64,000 bases of DNA from an uncultured Nitrososphaerota archaeon (GCA_964618805.1 CAZUBM010000003.1:1-64000); one strand, 5' to 3'. Counted from the first letter of the stretch, positions 46,131 to 56,240 are shown. Numbers and translations are program-made. Notes: generated by a model not told the origin, from the sequence alone.

Positions 46131-47510
46131 TTAGATCTCTATTATCCTAACTATATCCGTCGTTCCTCTCCTCAAACCATAGGTAAATACAACTACGTCA
46201 CCATAGGACAGTTTACCCTCGGATTTTAACTTATTAATGAAGTCTTGAATTGCTTCGGCTTCTGTTTTGCTTTTGAGCGTATATGAAAATACCCCCCAGT
46301 AAATTGTCAGTTTGCTTGATACTTTTTCATCGTTGGATGCAGCGTAGATCATTGATCTTGGTCTATGTGCCGACATTCTTCTGGCGGTTGCGCCAGTTCT
46401 TGTGAAAATTATGATCTTAGCTCCAAGACTGTCGGCAAGTAGAGCGATTCCCTTTGCAAATCTATCATATATGGTTTTAGCTTCCGGCTTTATTTTTGGA
46501 GGCTTAAACTCTCTCTCAGCTTCTTCAATTACGCGTCTCATCCACCTTACGGCCTCTATTGGATATCTCCCTATTGCTGTCTCACTTGCTAGTAATAGGG
46601 CATCTGCTCCATCAAGAACAGCTGACATTATGTCAACAACCTCGCTTCTTGTCGGAAAGGGGTGCTCTATCATCGATTCTAAAAGTTGGGTGGCAACCAC
46701 CGAAGGCTTTCCTTTGCGAAGGGCCTCGCTAATTATGCTGCGCTGAATATTGGGTATGGTCTCTAAGTCATAATGTAGTCCGAGATCACCTCTAGCGACT
46801 AGTATGGCGTCAGCTTGTTCCGTTATCTCGGATATGTTATCAACTGCATCCTTTGTTTCTATTTTTGCTATGACTCCCACATCTTCTCCTCCTAGTTCGT
46901 CTAAAAGCCGTCTTAGCAGTGAAATGTCCTGCCCAGTTCTAACGAAGCTCATTCCAACGTAGTCCATCTTATGTTGGACCACGAACTTTACGTTGCTTAC
47001 GTCTTTCTCGGAAAGTGGTGGAAGTGGGATTGTTTTGTTCTTAATTGCGATATTCTTCTCTGCTCTTATTGTGCCAGAATTTAGGGCAAGAGCCTTGAAC
47101 TCTTTTGTGCCGATCTCCTTGACTACTAGCCTTACCCTGCCTTCATCGATAAGCAAAACATCTCCTTCCGAAATTACAGAGAAAACCTTCTCCTCCGGGA
47201 TAGGTATCTTCTTAGATCCTTCGGTCTCAGCGGATAGAAAGAATGTAACCTCCTCGCCTTTTTCCACACCTATCTCATCAAACTTTCCTAACCTTACAGT
47301 AGGACCTGAAAGATCTCCTATGAACGCTACTTTTTTGTGCACGAGTGATGAGGCTCTTCTGGCTGTATTGATTAATTCATCCCAATATCTCGTTTCGCCG
47401 TGAGCAAAATTAATTCTAAGAGCATCTACTCCCTCTCTTAGCATCATGACGATCGTTTCGAGGTTTTCGCACGCTGGGCCTAAGGTTGCGATTATCTTAG
47501 CTCTTTTCAT
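46131..47510 (-). CDS. pyk: Pyruvate kinase
   Basis: KIIATLGP, RINFAHG, AKIE, VARGDLG, ATQLLESM, PTRSEV.D and ETAIG.YP. Confidence 0.97.
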   Translation of the reverse strand: MKRAKIIATLGPACENLETIVMMLREGVDALRINFAHGETRYWDELINTARRASSLVHKKVAFIGDLSGPTVRLGKFDEIGVEKGEEVTFFLSAETEGSKKIPIPEEKVFSVISEGDVLLIDEGRVRLVVKEIGTKEFKALALNSGTIRAEKNIAIKNKTIPLPPLSEKDVSNVKFVVQHKMDYVGMSFVRTGQDISLLRRLLDELGGEDVGVIAKIETKDAVDNISEITEQADAILVARGDLGLHYDLETIPNIQRSIISEALRKGKPSVVATQLLESMIEHPFPTRSEVVDIMSAVLDGADALLLASETAIGRYPIEAVRWMRRVIEEAEREFKPPKIKPEAKTIYDRFAKGIALLADSLGAKIIIFTRTGATARRMSAHRPRSMIYAASNDEKVSSKLTIYWGVFSYTLKSKTEAEAIQDFINKLKSEGKLSYGDVVVFTYGLRRGTTDIVRIIEI

Positions 47511-47534
47511 TCCTAAGTAAAGGATCTCAGTGGA

Positions 47535-48290
47535 TTATTTAAGTTCTGTATCAAGGGACTGAACTTCCCATCCTTTCAAGGTTCTTTCAATAACTCTAGC
47601 TACTATCTCGATTACTTCCCTTGCAAATTCCATGCAAGCCTCTTTTGGAGGAATTTCTGCCTTATCCTCAGGGTGGTATATCAAAATGGAGCCTGGTAGA
47701 GGGAAAGCCTCTATTCCCTCTTCAATCAAAAAGATCTGAGACTTATCAAAAAGTTCTTTCTTCACAAGATTCTCCTGTATCGCAATTATCATGGCTGTTT
47801 CCTCAGTTCCCGCGTGACCTCCTATTGAACCCAAAATCTCCTTTGATTTCTTAGCAGCATATGCCCACCAGTTGATGAGCAGGGTTCTCACCCGTAGCTC
47901 AAGCCAAGCTTGTTTCATAGCTTCAACTATCGCATTCATGTGCTCTGAGCCGCCATGGCCATTTATTATGACTACTTTATCGAATCCGCTTCTCTTCAGC
48001 GAGTTTAAGGTCTGAAAAATCAACTTCTTTAAAGTTTCTCGCTCTATCGAGAGGTATCCTGGAAAACCAGTTAACGAAGTTGTAACCCCATATGGAATTG
48101 TGGGAGCAAGGAGACCATTTAGTTTCTCAACTAGTATTGCTGAGATATATTGAGGGATCAAGAAGTCGGTTCCTAAAGGGAGGTGAGGTCCATGAGCTTC
48201 CACAACCCCTATTGGTAGTGCAACGAACCTAACTTTCTTTCTTACATCTTTGAGTTCCTTCCAGCTGAGTAACCAAAGCCTTCTCTCCAT
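47535..48290 (-). CDS. Creatininase family amidohydrolase
   Basis: LPIG..EAHGPHLPLGTD, INGHGG and HAG.EET. Confidence 0.92.
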   Translation of the reverse strand: MERRLWLLSWKELKDVRKKVRFVALPIGVVEAHGPHLPLGTDFLIPQYISAILVEKLNGLLAPTIPYGVTTSLTGFPGYLSIERETLKKLIFQTLNSLKRSGFDKVVIINGHGGSEHMNAIVEAMKQAWLELRVRTLLINWWAYAAKKSKEILGSIGGHAGTEETAMIIAIQENLVKKELFDKSQIFLIEEGIEAFPLPGSILIYHPEDKAEIPPKEACMEFAREVIEIVARVIERTLKGWEVQSLDTELK

Positions 48291-48291
48291 A

Positions 48292-49614
48292 TTATCCCCT
48301 CTCAGAAAGGAAATCAGACATAATCTCCTCCAGATTTGGGCTGCCTATCTCCTGCAGTTCATATCTAACATGAACCACGGGTTTGTTCAAGCTAAGATAT
48401 CTTGACAGATCTGTTGGAGTTCCGAGGATCACAGAGTCTGCTGGTATTGAGTTCAGTACCCCCTCGAGTTCTTTCATCTGCATCTTGCCATATCCCATCG
48501 CAGCAAGGACCGGTCCAATATGCTTGTATCTCTTATATGCTTTCTTTAGGGATCCCTTCAGCCAAGGTCTGGGATCTATTATTTCAGAAGCTCCAAATTT
48601 CCTTGCAGCAATGTATCCAACCCCTGTAGGCATTTCACCGTGAGTAATCGTTGGACCATCCTCAAGAACCACCACCTTCCTGTTCCTTATTAGATCTGGT
48701 CTATCGACGATCAGCGGAGATGCTGCCTCTATTACAATAGCTTTATTGTTTACTGAGATCACATTTCGCCTCACACTCTCGATCTGGTCTCTGGAAGCAC
48801 TGTCCACTTTATTTATGATTATTACATCGGCCATCCTGACATTCACGCTTCCTGGCCAATAAGTTAGCTCGTGACCTGCCCTTAGAGGATCAACTACGGT
48901 TATCAAAAGATCTGGTTTGTAGAAGGGGAAGTCGTTGTTCCCTCCATCCCAAAGGATTATATCTGCTTCCTTCTCTGCTCTCCTCAAGATCTTTTCGTAA
49001 TCCACTCCTGCATAAACCACATTTCCCATCCTTAGGTGCGGTTCATAGTCTTCTCTCTCTTCAATCGTACATTCATTTCTATCTAAGTCTTCTAGCGTCT
49101 CAAATCGCTGTACCACTTGTTTTCTTAAGTCCCCATAAGGCATAGGATGTCTTACAACTACAACCTTAAGTCCATTCTTTCTGAGTATTTTTGCCACTCT
49201 TCTACTAGTTTGGCTCTTCCCAGAACCTGTTCTTGCAGCAGTTACTGCAATTACTGGTTTTTCAGACTTCAGCATAGTGCTTTTAGGTCCAAGCAACATG
49301 AAATCAGCTCCACATGATTGAGCTATAGAAGCCCTTTCCATAATGTAGTTGAAGGAAATGTCGCTGTAAGCAAATACAACGACATCAACCCCTTTCTCTT
49401 CGATTATTTGAGGTAGTTCTTCCTCTGGAATTATGGGTATCCCATCCGGATATCTAGGACCTGCAAGCTCTGGTGGATATACTCTTCCAGCTATGCCAGG
49501 GAGTTGGGCAGCTGTGAAGGCAATGACTTGATAATCTGGATTGTCTCTGAAGAACACGTTGAAATTATGGAAGTCTCTTCCAGCTGCACCCATTATAACG
49601 ACTTTTCTAGCCAT
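48292..49614 (-). CDS. arcE: Arginine synthetase ArcE-like P-loop ligase (cyclic-2,3-DPG-synthetase/GTPase-annotated family)
   Basis: IMGAAGRDFHNFN, RTGSGKS, RHPMPYG, TIEEREDYEPH, WDGGNND and EDGPTITHG. Confidence 0.75.
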   Translation of the reverse strand: MARKVVIMGAAGRDFHNFNVFFRDNPDYQVIAFTAAQLPGIAGRVYPPELAGPRYPDGIPIIPEEELPQIIEEKGVDVVVFAYSDISFNYIMERASIAQSCGADFMLLGPKSTMLKSEKPVIAVTAARTGSGKSQTSRRVAKILRKNGLKVVVVRHPMPYGDLRKQVVQRFETLEDLDRNECTIEEREDYEPHLRMGNVVYAGVDYEKILRRAEKEADIILWDGGNNDFPFYKPDLLITVVDPLRAGHELTYWPGSVNVRMADVIIINKVDSASRDQIESVRRNVISVNNKAIVIEAASPLIVDRPDLIRNRKVVVLEDGPTITHGEMPTGVGYIAARKFGASEIIDPRPWLKGSLKKAYKRYKHIGPVLAAMGYGKMQMKELEGVLNSIPADSVILGTPTDLSRYLSLNKPVVHVRYELQEIGSPNLEEIMSDFLSERG

Positions 49615-49660
49615 TAAGCATCCATCTTGCTTAGGTGGGATAAATCTTTAACATTATGCC

Positions 49661-50659
49661 TTGAAGTTTCGGAGGATGAGATTATCCGAACTTGGTGAGA
49701 GAAAGCTCATAGAGCTAGTGATGAAGCTAGTAAGAATAGATCCTAGATCTCTTCTTAAGCTAGGGGTGGACGATGCTGATGCCCTTTCTCTAGAAAAGGG
49801 TATCTATGTTTTTAACACTGACTTTGTAGCGGAGTCAACTGATAGACTTCCTGGAATGACATATTGGCAGCTTGCAAGGAAATGCATTGTTGCAAATGTA
49901 GCGGATCTTGCAGCTAAAGGAGCAAAGCCCGAAGGGTTCCTAGCTTCCGTTGCTCTCCCATCCGATTTCGATTTAAATTCCTTTAAGGAGATATTCAAAG
50001 GATTAGATCAGGGGGCTGCAGAATACGGTTCTTATCTGCTTGGTGGCGACTTAGGTGAAGCAAAGGAAGTTGTGATTTCCATATCAGCTTTTGGTAGGGT
50101 TAGGAAGAAACTTATCTCTCGTGATGGTGCTAAGGAGGGCGATATAGTTGCTGTAACCGGGTTCTTTGGTTGGAATACATTAGCATTTAAGGCCTTATTG
50201 GAAGGTCTCGAACTCCCTGATAAAATAAGGAAGAAGGCATTAGAATCTGTTTTTATGCCAAAAGCCCCGTTAAGAGAGGGATTAATTTTATCTGAATCTG
50301 GAGTAGTTACTTCAGCAATTGATAGCAGTGATGGACTTTACGCTTCCCTAAATCATCTTTCCAAAACAAGCAAGGTTGGTTTTCTTGTGGAAAATCTTCC
50401 TGTTGAAGATGAATTGATTAAATTCATATCAAGAAAAGGTTTGGACCCAATTCAGATTATTTTTTATGGTGGTGAAGAATTTCACCTCGTTTTTACAGTA
50501 TCACCCCCGGATTGGCCAAAAGTGAAACTTGCTCTCTCTTCCGAAGGTCTTAAAGCGATTCCTATTGGAAAAGTGATTTCAAGAACCGGCATTGTTGTCG
50601 TGCAAAATTCGAGAAGAATAAGACTTCATAAGGGAGGATGGGAGCATTTTACTGGTTAA
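49661..50659 (+). CDS. thiL: Thiamine-monophosphate kinase
   Basis: LGERKLI, DDA, NVADLAAKGA.P, GGDL, AIDSSDGL, GGEEF.LVFT and GWEHF. Confidence 0.93.
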   Translation: MKFRRMRLSELGERKLIELVMKLVRIDPRSLLKLGVDDADALSLEKGIYVFNTDFVAESTDRLPGMTYWQLARKCIVANVADLAAKGAKPEGFLASVALPSDFDLNSFKEIFKGLDQGAAEYGSYLLGGDLGEAKEVVISISAFGRVRKKLISRDGAKEGDIVAVTGFFGWNTLAFKALLEGLELPDKIRKKALESVFMPKAPLREGLILSESGVVTSAIDSSDGLYASLNHLSKTSKVGFLVENLPVEDELIKFISRKGLDPIQIIFYGGEEFHLVFTVSPPDWPKVKLALSSEGLKAIPIGKVISRTGIVVVQNSRRIRLHKGGWEHFTG

Positions 50660-51054
50660 GTCGATAAAACTACCTTCTCTCCAGTTCCTATCGATCTAAG
50701 AACTTCCATTCCCTCTAGAACCTCTCCTAAGGGGGTTACTGGGAAATCTATATTTAAGTCAGTTAGTGCTATGATGAGAGATTTGTTAGCCGGAGAGAAG
50801 ACCAATTGACCTTTCTTTAGCTTTTTTAATGGTCTTTCGAGCCTTCCTTCCAGATTAATGCTGATATATAGGAGATCATTCGCTTTTATTGTTAGCCCAC
50901 TTAGAGGAACGTTCTTGTAAAGCCTCTCAACAGTGATAGGAGATAAATGCCTAGTTAAGAGAATCTTAACGTCTCCAGCCTTTGTTTTCAATTTTACTGT
51001 ATACTCTCCGACCCCTTCAAGCAAGATCTCTCCCTTCCCCACGAAGAAGAACAA
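50656..51054 (-). CDS. Cyclophilin-like fold protein (start uncertain)
   Basis: RHLSPITV..L...PL, G.LVFSP and LGEV.EG.E.L. Confidence 0.7.
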   Translation of the reverse strand: MFFFVGKGEILLEGVGEYTVKLKTKAGDVKILLTRHLSPITVERLYKNVPLSGLTIKANDLLYISINLEGRLERPLKKLKKGQLVFSPANKSLIIALTDLNIDFPVTPLGEVLEGMEVLRSIGTGEKVVLST

Positions 51055-51057
51055 TGT

Positions 51058-51306
51058 TTACTTTGCCTTAACTCCTCTATAAATCCTAAGTTTTGAGTTA
51101 CCGTTGACGTATACAACTAGTCCCCTCTTGTAAAAATCTCTGAGCAACCTCTTTGCAGTACTGACCCTTATTCCATGTTTGATCGCTAAAGACTGTGGAG
51201 TTATAACTGGGCTACTTACAACCTCTTTTTCGATAGTCTTCAGCAAAGATTCTGATGGCCAAAGTATCCTCACGGCTTTCTCTTCGCCTTTTTCCCTAGC
51301 ACTCAT
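51058..51306 (-). CDS. rps25e: 30S ribosomal protein S25e
   Basis: KEV...VITP..LA.K.GI.VS.AKRLLR.....G........K..IY. Confidence 0.88.
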   Translation of the reverse strand: MSAREKGEEKAVRILWPSESLLKTIEKEVVSSPVITPQSLAIKHGIRVSTAKRLLRDFYKRGLVVYVNGNSKLRIYRGVKAK

Positions 51307-51357
51307 TGGCGACCCTCTTTACAAGATCTTTCAAGAGGTCAGATAAAAGCTTTGAGT

Positions 51358-52476
51358 TTAGAGGAATTTCCTGAGGAGCGCATAAAGTTCAGGGGTGACA
51401 GGAAAAGTGAGGACTAACGCAGCGAGGTAAAGGATTGTTCCAAAATAGGCTCTTTTCTTAGAAAGGGAGCTGTATTCGTCCAGTGGAGGAGGATGTCGGA
51501 CAAAAAGGCTGAATATCAGGAGCAAAAATGCCATTTCTGGCCTAAGAAAGACAAAGGAAGTTATTATTGTTATTGCTGATATAAACCGCCTTATCCTTTC
51601 GTCAGGAAATAAGGCATAGCATACATGACCTCCGTCGAGCTGGGAGACTGGCATGAGGTTAAGGAAGGTCACGGTTAGGATGACCCATCCTGCAAGTGCA
51701 ACCGAGCTTAGGTAAATGATCTTGCCTTGAGGAACCCCAGCTAACTTAAACATGTAAGAGAAGATGGGTTGCTCCCACCAAAGAGCTCTAACTCCTTCTT
51801 TTTTCAAAGCGCTTATTAGAGAAGGATCAAGAGGTATTGAGCCCCTAAGGCCGAAGTAGCAAACTGGAAGCGATGCTATGAGGCCCGTTATGGGACCAGA
51901 TAATCCTAAATCAAAGAGCTCATCCCTGTTTAATGGCATTCTCCTCCCGAAGATTATAGCCCCAAAAGTGCCAAGAGGAGGACCTCCTGGAATGAACATT
52001 GGGGGTTCCCACTCGCCTCCTTTTATCTTAGTAGCCACCATGTGACCCAATTCATGAGTTCCAAGCGTAAAAAATACAGAGATCGTAAACATAAGGGCAC
52101 TAGAGATTATGTTTATGCTGGGAGTTATGCCAATTTTGCTTAGTATCTCTACAGCGTTCTTACTGTAGAGGTAGCCCGAGAATGTTACGGTGCAGATCGT
52201 GGCTATCAGCATCACTAGATAAATTATTTTTGATCTTCTAGACGGAATTTTGGCGGGAAACACTATTAGTCTTAGATAAGGCCTTCCTGGAAGGAGTTTT
52301 GGTACAAATCCGTTGGGAATGAGCTCTTCAGCTATCCTCTTGAACCTTTCTCTGGATTCATCCGGGTCCACTCTATCCACTAACATCTCGAGCCCAGCTG
52401 GCGTTTCAGTAACGTCAACTATCCTAAAGCTCCTATTCACTACATCAACGATTAGTTTGTAAGGTGTTGGATACAC
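51358..52476 (-). CDS. Site-2 protease (M50 family)
   Basis: HELGH, GTFGA, GPITG and NLMPVSQLDGGH; multiple TMs. Start set at GTG 52476 to avoid head-to-head overlap. Confidence 0.92.
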   Translation of the reverse strand: MYPTPYKLIVDVVNRSFRIVDVTETPAGLEMLVDRVDPDESRERFKRIAEELIPNGFVPKLLPGRPYLRLIVFPAKIPSRRSKIIYLVMLIATICTVTFSGYLYSKNAVEILSKIGITPSINIISSALMFTISVFFTLGTHELGHMVATKIKGGEWEPPMFIPGGPPLGTFGAIIFGRRMPLNRDELFDLGLSGPITGLIASLPVCYFGLRGSIPLDPSLISALKKEGVRALWWEQPIFSYMFKLAGVPQGKIIYLSSVALAGWVILTVTFLNLMPVSQLDGGHVCYALFPDERIRRFISAITIITSFVFLRPEMAFLLLIFSLFVRHPPPLDEYSSLSKKRAYFGTILYLAALVLTFPVTPELYALLRKFL

Positions 52477-52558
52477 TTTCCTCTTTACCCCATTGTGATC
52501 GTTTGGGTGGCGTTTAAAACTTTGTTTGATGTAAGATTTTTCTGACAGAGGTGGGCTA

Positions 52559-53086
52559 ATGCAGAAACAGTACATCATAAGAAGGTTCGATCCTAAGGAT
52601 TTGGACCATGTAGTTAAGCTTAACTGGGTTTTTCTCCCAGAGAACTATCCTTCGTTCTTCTTCTTAGAAAACTACACGCACTGGCCTGAAGCTTTTCTTG
52701 TAGCGGAATCGGCTGGCGAAATAGTTGGTTATGTAATGTGCAGGGTTGAAGAAAAGTACTATCGATTTAGTCCGGTTAAACTCGGACACGTTCTCTCCAT
52801 AGCTGTAGAGAAAAAACATAGAAGGCAAGGAATAGCTACAGCACTCATGAAGGGAGCTGAAGAAGGGTTGGTTGGCACTTATGGAGTAGATGTAATTTAT
52901 CTTGAAGTGAGGGTCTCAAACGAACCAGCCATTTCTCTCTACAAGAAACTGGATTACAAAATCCTGGGCGTAATGCCCAGTTATTACAGCGATGGAGAGA
53001 ACGGCTATCTTATGGTTAAGTCTACTTCTGAAAGAGCCGATGATCACCTCATTAGGGCTGTATTAGGGTATAGGGTGAGAAGATAG
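52559..53086 (+). CDS. N-terminal acetyltransferase (Ard1/RimI family GNAT)
   Basis: LPENY, VGYVMCRVE, GHVLSIAV..HRRQGIA, YLEVRVSN and YYSDGE. Confidence 0.93.
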   Translation: MQKQYIIRRFDPKDLDHVVKLNWVFLPENYPSFFFLENYTHWPEAFLVAESAGEIVGYVMCRVEEKYYRFSPVKLGHVLSIAVEKKHRRQGIATALMKGAEEGLVGTYGVDVIYLEVRVSNEPAISLYKKLDYKILGVMPSYYSDGENGYLMVKSTSERADDHLIRAVLGYRVRR

Positions 53087-53325
53087 TGACCGGGAAGAGG
53101 AAATTGGTTAAAAAGATAGATTTGAGGGGAAAGAGCTTTCCATCGACTCTAATCATCATGGCAAAGGAGGCAAAGTCTCTTAATCCGAAAAGTTCTTTGC
53201 TAGTTTTAATTGACGACAGAGAGACAGTCGAGCAAGCCAGAGAGTGGGGTGAAAGGATAAGCTGGGCTTCTGTAACATCAGATAGAAAAGAGGGCTATTG
53301 GATCCTTCGTATCACAAGACTGTAG
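53086..53325 (+). CDS. TusA/SirA-like protein lacking the catalytic Cys
   Basis: IDLRGKSFP in place of D.RG..CP; L.VL.DD ... W and Y...I.R. Confidence 0.7.
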   Translation: MTGKRKLVKKIDLRGKSFPSTLIIMAKEAKSLNPKSSLLVLIDDRETVEQAREWGERISWASVTSDRKEGYWILRITRL

Positions 53326-53343
53326 TTGGAGGCAAAATAGGAC

Positions 53344-54420
53344 ATGATAGAGCTCCCCTATGGTTCACTAATGGTTCGAGGTAAGAGTCCTTCTTGTGAA
53401 ATCTGTTGGAAGGGGGGTAAGCTCGTTATATTTATAACAGGAATATGTCCTCGATACTCTTCCTGTTTTTATTGCACGATCTCTCCTGAAAAGAGGGGAA
53501 AGGACATAATTCTTGCAGATGAAGTTGAGGTTAAAGAAGAAAAGGATGTTTTGAGAGAAGCAAACCTAATAGATGCAGAAGGTGCGGGAATAACTGGCGG
53601 AGAGCCTAGTTTAGTTATGGATAGGGTTTGTAGGTATATAAAGATCCTAAAGGAGAAGTTTGGAAGAGATTTTGACATCCATCTTTATACAAATTCTATA
53701 GGGATAGATCTTGTTAGTCTTAGGAGATTAGAATCTGTTGGTTTGGACGAGATCAGATTTCATAGCTGGCAAGAGAGGGATTGGCAAAAGATTAGACTTG
53801 CTCTAGACTTCAACTTTAGGGTTGGTGCAGAAATGCCAGCCATACCTGAGAGAGCTTACGAAAAAAGGTTGATAGAACTTGCAGGATTCCTTGATTCTGT
53901 GGGAGCTCATTTCTTGAATCTTAATGAGTTGGAGTTTAGCGAGGGAAATAGGTATGATCTCATATCTAGAGGCTATAACGTTAGAGATGATAGCGGAATT
54001 GCCGTTTTTGGAAGCAAAGAGGTAGCAAGAAAGGTATTAAAGTATGTAGAGGAGGAGACTGGAATTCTGGGTTATTTTTGTTCGGCGGAAGTGAAGGAGC
54101 TGCAAGTCCTCAATAGATGGAGGAGGAGGGCTAGAAATGTAGTAAAACCCTACCAACGGATAACTGACCAGGGTACTCTTGTATTTGGTATTATAAAGGG
54201 AAGCCGTAGTGAATTGCTAGCTCTCAGAGAGCTTTTAGAAGGTAAGGGTCTGTACCACTTGGAGCTTGAGGATATGGAACTCAGAGTTCCGCCTGATATC
54301 TTACTAGAAATGAGGTCAATGCTACTATCTAAGGGTTTGAATGCAGAGATCGTAGAAATAGCTCCTTTAGATTCTTACTTTGAAATTTCGAGGAACCCTA
54401 TAGTTAAAAATGATTCTTGA
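53344..54420 (+). CDS. Radical SAM protein (uncharacterised archaeal family)
   Basis: C..C..G.KLVIFITG.CPRYSSCFYC, ITGGEP, HLYT, LDEIRFH and NLNELEFSE.N. Confidence 0.9.
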   Translation: MIELPYGSLMVRGKSPSCEICWKGGKLVIFITGICPRYSSCFYCTISPEKRGKDIILADEVEVKEEKDVLREANLIDAEGAGITGGEPSLVMDRVCRYIKILKEKFGRDFDIHLYTNSIGIDLVSLRRLESVGLDEIRFHSWQERDWQKIRLALDFNFRVGAEMPAIPERAYEKRLIELAGFLDSVGAHFLNLNELEFSEGNRYDLISRGYNVRDDSGIAVFGSKEVARKVLKYVEEETGILGYFCSAEVKELQVLNRWRRRARNVVKPYQRITDQGTLVFGIIKGSRSELLALRELLEGKGLYHLELEDMELRVPPDILLEMRSMLLSKGLNAEIVEIAPLDSYFEISRNPIVKNDS

Positions 54421-54428
54421 ATCTACCT

Positions 54429-55700
54429 CTAGACAGTTATCTCTTCCTCCAGCGAGGGAGACAATACACTTATACCCATAAGTTCACGAACTTCTTCCCC
54501 AAACTTTTCGGCTTCTTCTCCATGTACCGGAAGGACCTGCTTTGGTGCTACTATCCTTATAAATTCAAATAGCCCAGACCTTCCTACGTGTGAGGAGAAG
54601 TCTAGTTGATTTACTCTCATCTCAATCGTTTTTCTTTCTCCATCTATGTATATCTCCCCCTCCTGCAGGAGCCTCCTTCCTTCAGTTCCCTCAATCTGAT
54701 ATCCTGTAAGAGTTAGTGAACTGACCGGATCCTCTCCTCTCTTCTCAAGGTAGAAGTAAACTGGTCCTCCTTCTAGCATTCCAGAGGTTGTTAGAACGAT
54801 AGATGGTCTTCTTATGATCTTCTCTCTAGCTCTCCAATCTCCAACCATTCTCAGATTCCTCAAAGAGAACTCAAACTCCTTATCATCTCTAAGCCTGTGA
54901 GGATACGAGAGTAAAATTTCCGTTCCAGCCCTTGCCATTCCGTCCAGATAGAGGTTCTTTATTCCACCAGCTGATAGGATCATTGCGATCTCATTGAGTC
55001 TAGCTATAGCAAAGCCAGCTATTATTGCCAGACCTCCTCTATTGATCGTATCCTTAACTACTTCTCTTAGGAGTCTCTCCTGACCTTTCCTGTTTGGGTG
55101 CTCTCTTTGAGAATAGGTACACTCTGTGATTAAGAGATCTACTTCTGGAAGGTCTCTTTCAGCCCCGCGAGATAGTCTGGTATTTCTAAGTTTAAAGTCG
55201 CCTGTGTAGAGGAGAGAGGTGCCATCTGTTCTCACGTAATACATAGCACTTCCCGGTATGTGACCAGAATCAAAAGGAATGACCTCAACAGGTCCTATCT
55301 TAAAGGGAACGCCATATTCTATTGGTCTAAAGTTCTTCATGAACTTCTTAATCTCAGTTGGGCCGTAGCCTATTGTATATCCCCTTTTCTTTGCTACCTT
55401 TATAGAATCGTAGAGTAGAAGTTCAACGAAATCTCTGGTTATATCTAGACCGTAAACTTTTGGGGAGTTCCTTCCTCTGAAGAGGAGAGGCAATGCTCCT
55501 GAGTGATCTAAATGTGCGTGCGTTAGCAGCACAGCATCCACATCTTCAACATCTGGAGGGAAAAGTGGGCTTTGTTTTGGCCTTAGCTTTATTCCGTAAT
55601 CGAGCAATATCCTCTTATCCTCAGTTTCGAGGAGAATGGCGCTTCTTCCAACTTCTCCAATAGCTCCAAGTGGTTTTACCTTTAGCAAACTCATATTCAA
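54429..55700 (-). CDS. beta-CASP metallo-beta-lactamase ribonuclease (aCPSF2-like)
   Basis: EVGRS, THAHLDHSG, GHIPGS, YTGD, ECTY, SGMLEGGP, FSSH and VHGE. Confidence 0.92.
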   Translation of the reverse strand: MNMSLLKVKPLGAIGEVGRSAILLETEDKRILLDYGIKLRPKQSPLFPPDVEDVDAVLLTHAHLDHSGALPLLFRGRNSPKVYGLDITRDFVELLLYDSIKVAKKRGYTIGYGPTEIKKFMKNFRPIEYGVPFKIGPVEVIPFDSGHIPGSAMYYVRTDGTSLLYTGDFKLRNTRLSRGAERDLPEVDLLITECTYSQREHPNRKGQERLLREVVKDTINRGGLAIIAGFAIARLNEIAMILSAGGIKNLYLDGMARAGTEILLSYPHRLRDDKEFEFSLRNLRMVGDWRAREKIIRRPSIVLTTSGMLEGGPVYFYLEKRGEDPVSSLTLTGYQIEGTEGRRLLQEGEIYIDGERKTIEMRVNQLDFSSHVGRSGLFEFIRIVAPKQVLPVHGEEAEKFGEEVRELMGISVLSPSLEEEITV

Positions 55701-55847
55701 CGAATCCTCCCATTAACGTCAGGAGAAAACGATTTCTATCTCCTTTATCCATCCTCCCAACGAATCAGAGAATCATGCAGATGGAAGATATAAAAAAGTT
55801 CACTTCTTTTTCAGATCGAACGCCACTTAAGAAAGAAAAGTTTGATC

Positions 55848-56240
55848 TTAAATGCCTGGAAACCTGTAGACCTCTACACCCTCGTCTTCTATCTTTTCAA
55901 AGTCTAGATAAGCTATACCCTTTTTCTCTAGTGATAGAAGGGCTTCTCTCGCTAAATCGACAGGAAGGCACAGGTCGGAGACCACTTCGGTAAGTGTGAG
56001 CTTGCCTCCTCTTCTTCTTGCTAATCTTATTATATCATCTTGTATTTCCCTTATCTTTCTCTCCCTTCTTTGTCCAGAGGTTCCGACGTAAATAGTTAGA
56101 GCACTTAGTCCAATTAGAATTATTCCTGGGAATATGCGTGCTGGATTATAGCTCGCAGCTATTAAGAACATTAGGCCCAAAAAGGCAAATGCCCCCCCAA
56201 CTATGAGAGCAGCAATGAGAAAAATAGAGAGGCGGGGCAT
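55848..56240 (-). CDS. Two-TM membrane protein with C-terminal winged-helix domain
   Basis: Two hydrophobic helices, then IIRLARRRGGKLTLTEVV..L.....A...L..L..KG ... G..VYRF; coupled to pspA. Confidence 0.7.
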   Translation of the reverse strand: MPRLSIFLIAALIVGGAFAFLGLMFLIAASYNPARIFPGIILIGLSALTIYVGTSGQRRERKIREIQDDIIRLARRRGGKLTLTEVVSDLCLPVDLAREALLSLEKKGIAYLDFEKIEDEGVEVYRFPGI

